From Felis catus (lineage: Eukaryota): a stretch of 64,000 nucleotides of DNA. A program made the position numbers and the translations under genes. The notes below the pieces were generated by a model. It was given only the letters and a program-made list of their open reading frames with translations, did not search any database and had not been told where the DNA came from. The stretch lies in contig NC_058368.1 of NCBI RefSeq assembly GCF_018350175.1, positions 28,708,001-28,772,000 of the forward strand, in the 5' to 3' direction. Below, one piece after another: positions 63,787 to 64,000 of the stretch (its first letter is position 1; every line of letters begins with the position of its first letter).

Positions 63787-64000
63787 TCTTTTTTTTTTCC
63801 TTTTTTTTTTATTTGAGTATAATTGACACACAATGTTATATTAGTTTCAGGTGTACAACATAGTAACTCAACTTCTCTATGTGTTATGTGGTGTTCAACA
63901 CAACGTGTAGCAACCTCTATCACCATACAACTCTAGTACAATATCATTGGCTATATTCCCTGTGCTATGCCTTTTATTCTTGTCACTTATACTTTCCATA
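63787..64000 (-). mobile_element. Carnivore L1 3' end running off the window
   Basis: Poly(T) followed by tttgagtataattgacacacaatgttatattagtttcaggtgtacaacatagt. Confidence 0.8.

Larger units (their letters stand above)
1..64000 (+). other. VWA8: Internal part of the VWA8 gene (introns plus 10 coding exons); start and end of the gene lie outside the window
   Basis: Ten exons splice into one ORF reading SDSLAQSVIQHLRW...GPPGPLRRS...ELTKREVEY...LEGLEKAERN...LDPPLRSRF...GGKGCGKT...IEPIMLYQ, which matches the recalled human VWA8 N-terminal AAA region. Confidence 0.96.

Noticed and set aside
50062..64000. Search for the next VWA8 exon (DMTARDLLQQRY...)
   Set aside because: Not found by eye or in the ORF track; presumably downstream of the window.

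Overview
This is eukaryotic genomic DNA from a cat-family carnivore, judged from the many felid-type Can-SINEs (SINEC_Fc-like). The whole window lies inside one + strand gene, VWA8 (KIAA0564), a mitochondrial AAA+ ATPase with a C-terminal VWA domain. Ten consecutive coding exons were located by translation and splice signals: 5710-5840, 9330-9440, 27184-27351, 31945-32109, 32455-32504, 33454-33562, 35769-35873, 47753-47884, 49757-49891 and 49984-50061. They total 1184 nt and splice into one open frame. They probably correspond to human exons 3-12; that numbering is recalled, not computed. The rest is intron filled with about 24 Can-SINEs, one ~4.1 kb internally deleted sense L1, older L1/L2/MIR fragments, a MER21-type and an MLT1-type LTR, several DNA-transposon fossils and microsatellites. 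I found no evidence of a new prokaryote-style system. The most interesting signals concern splicing and retrotransposon architecture: a GC-AG intron of 17.7 kb, a Walker A motif split by a 92-nt intron, a candidate poison exon, a (CA)21 tract next to a 5' splice site, a SINE whose target-site duplication copied a likely branch-point region, and inverted SINE pairs bracketing exons. Repeat family names and the human protein comparison come from recalled consensus sequences, not from database searches.
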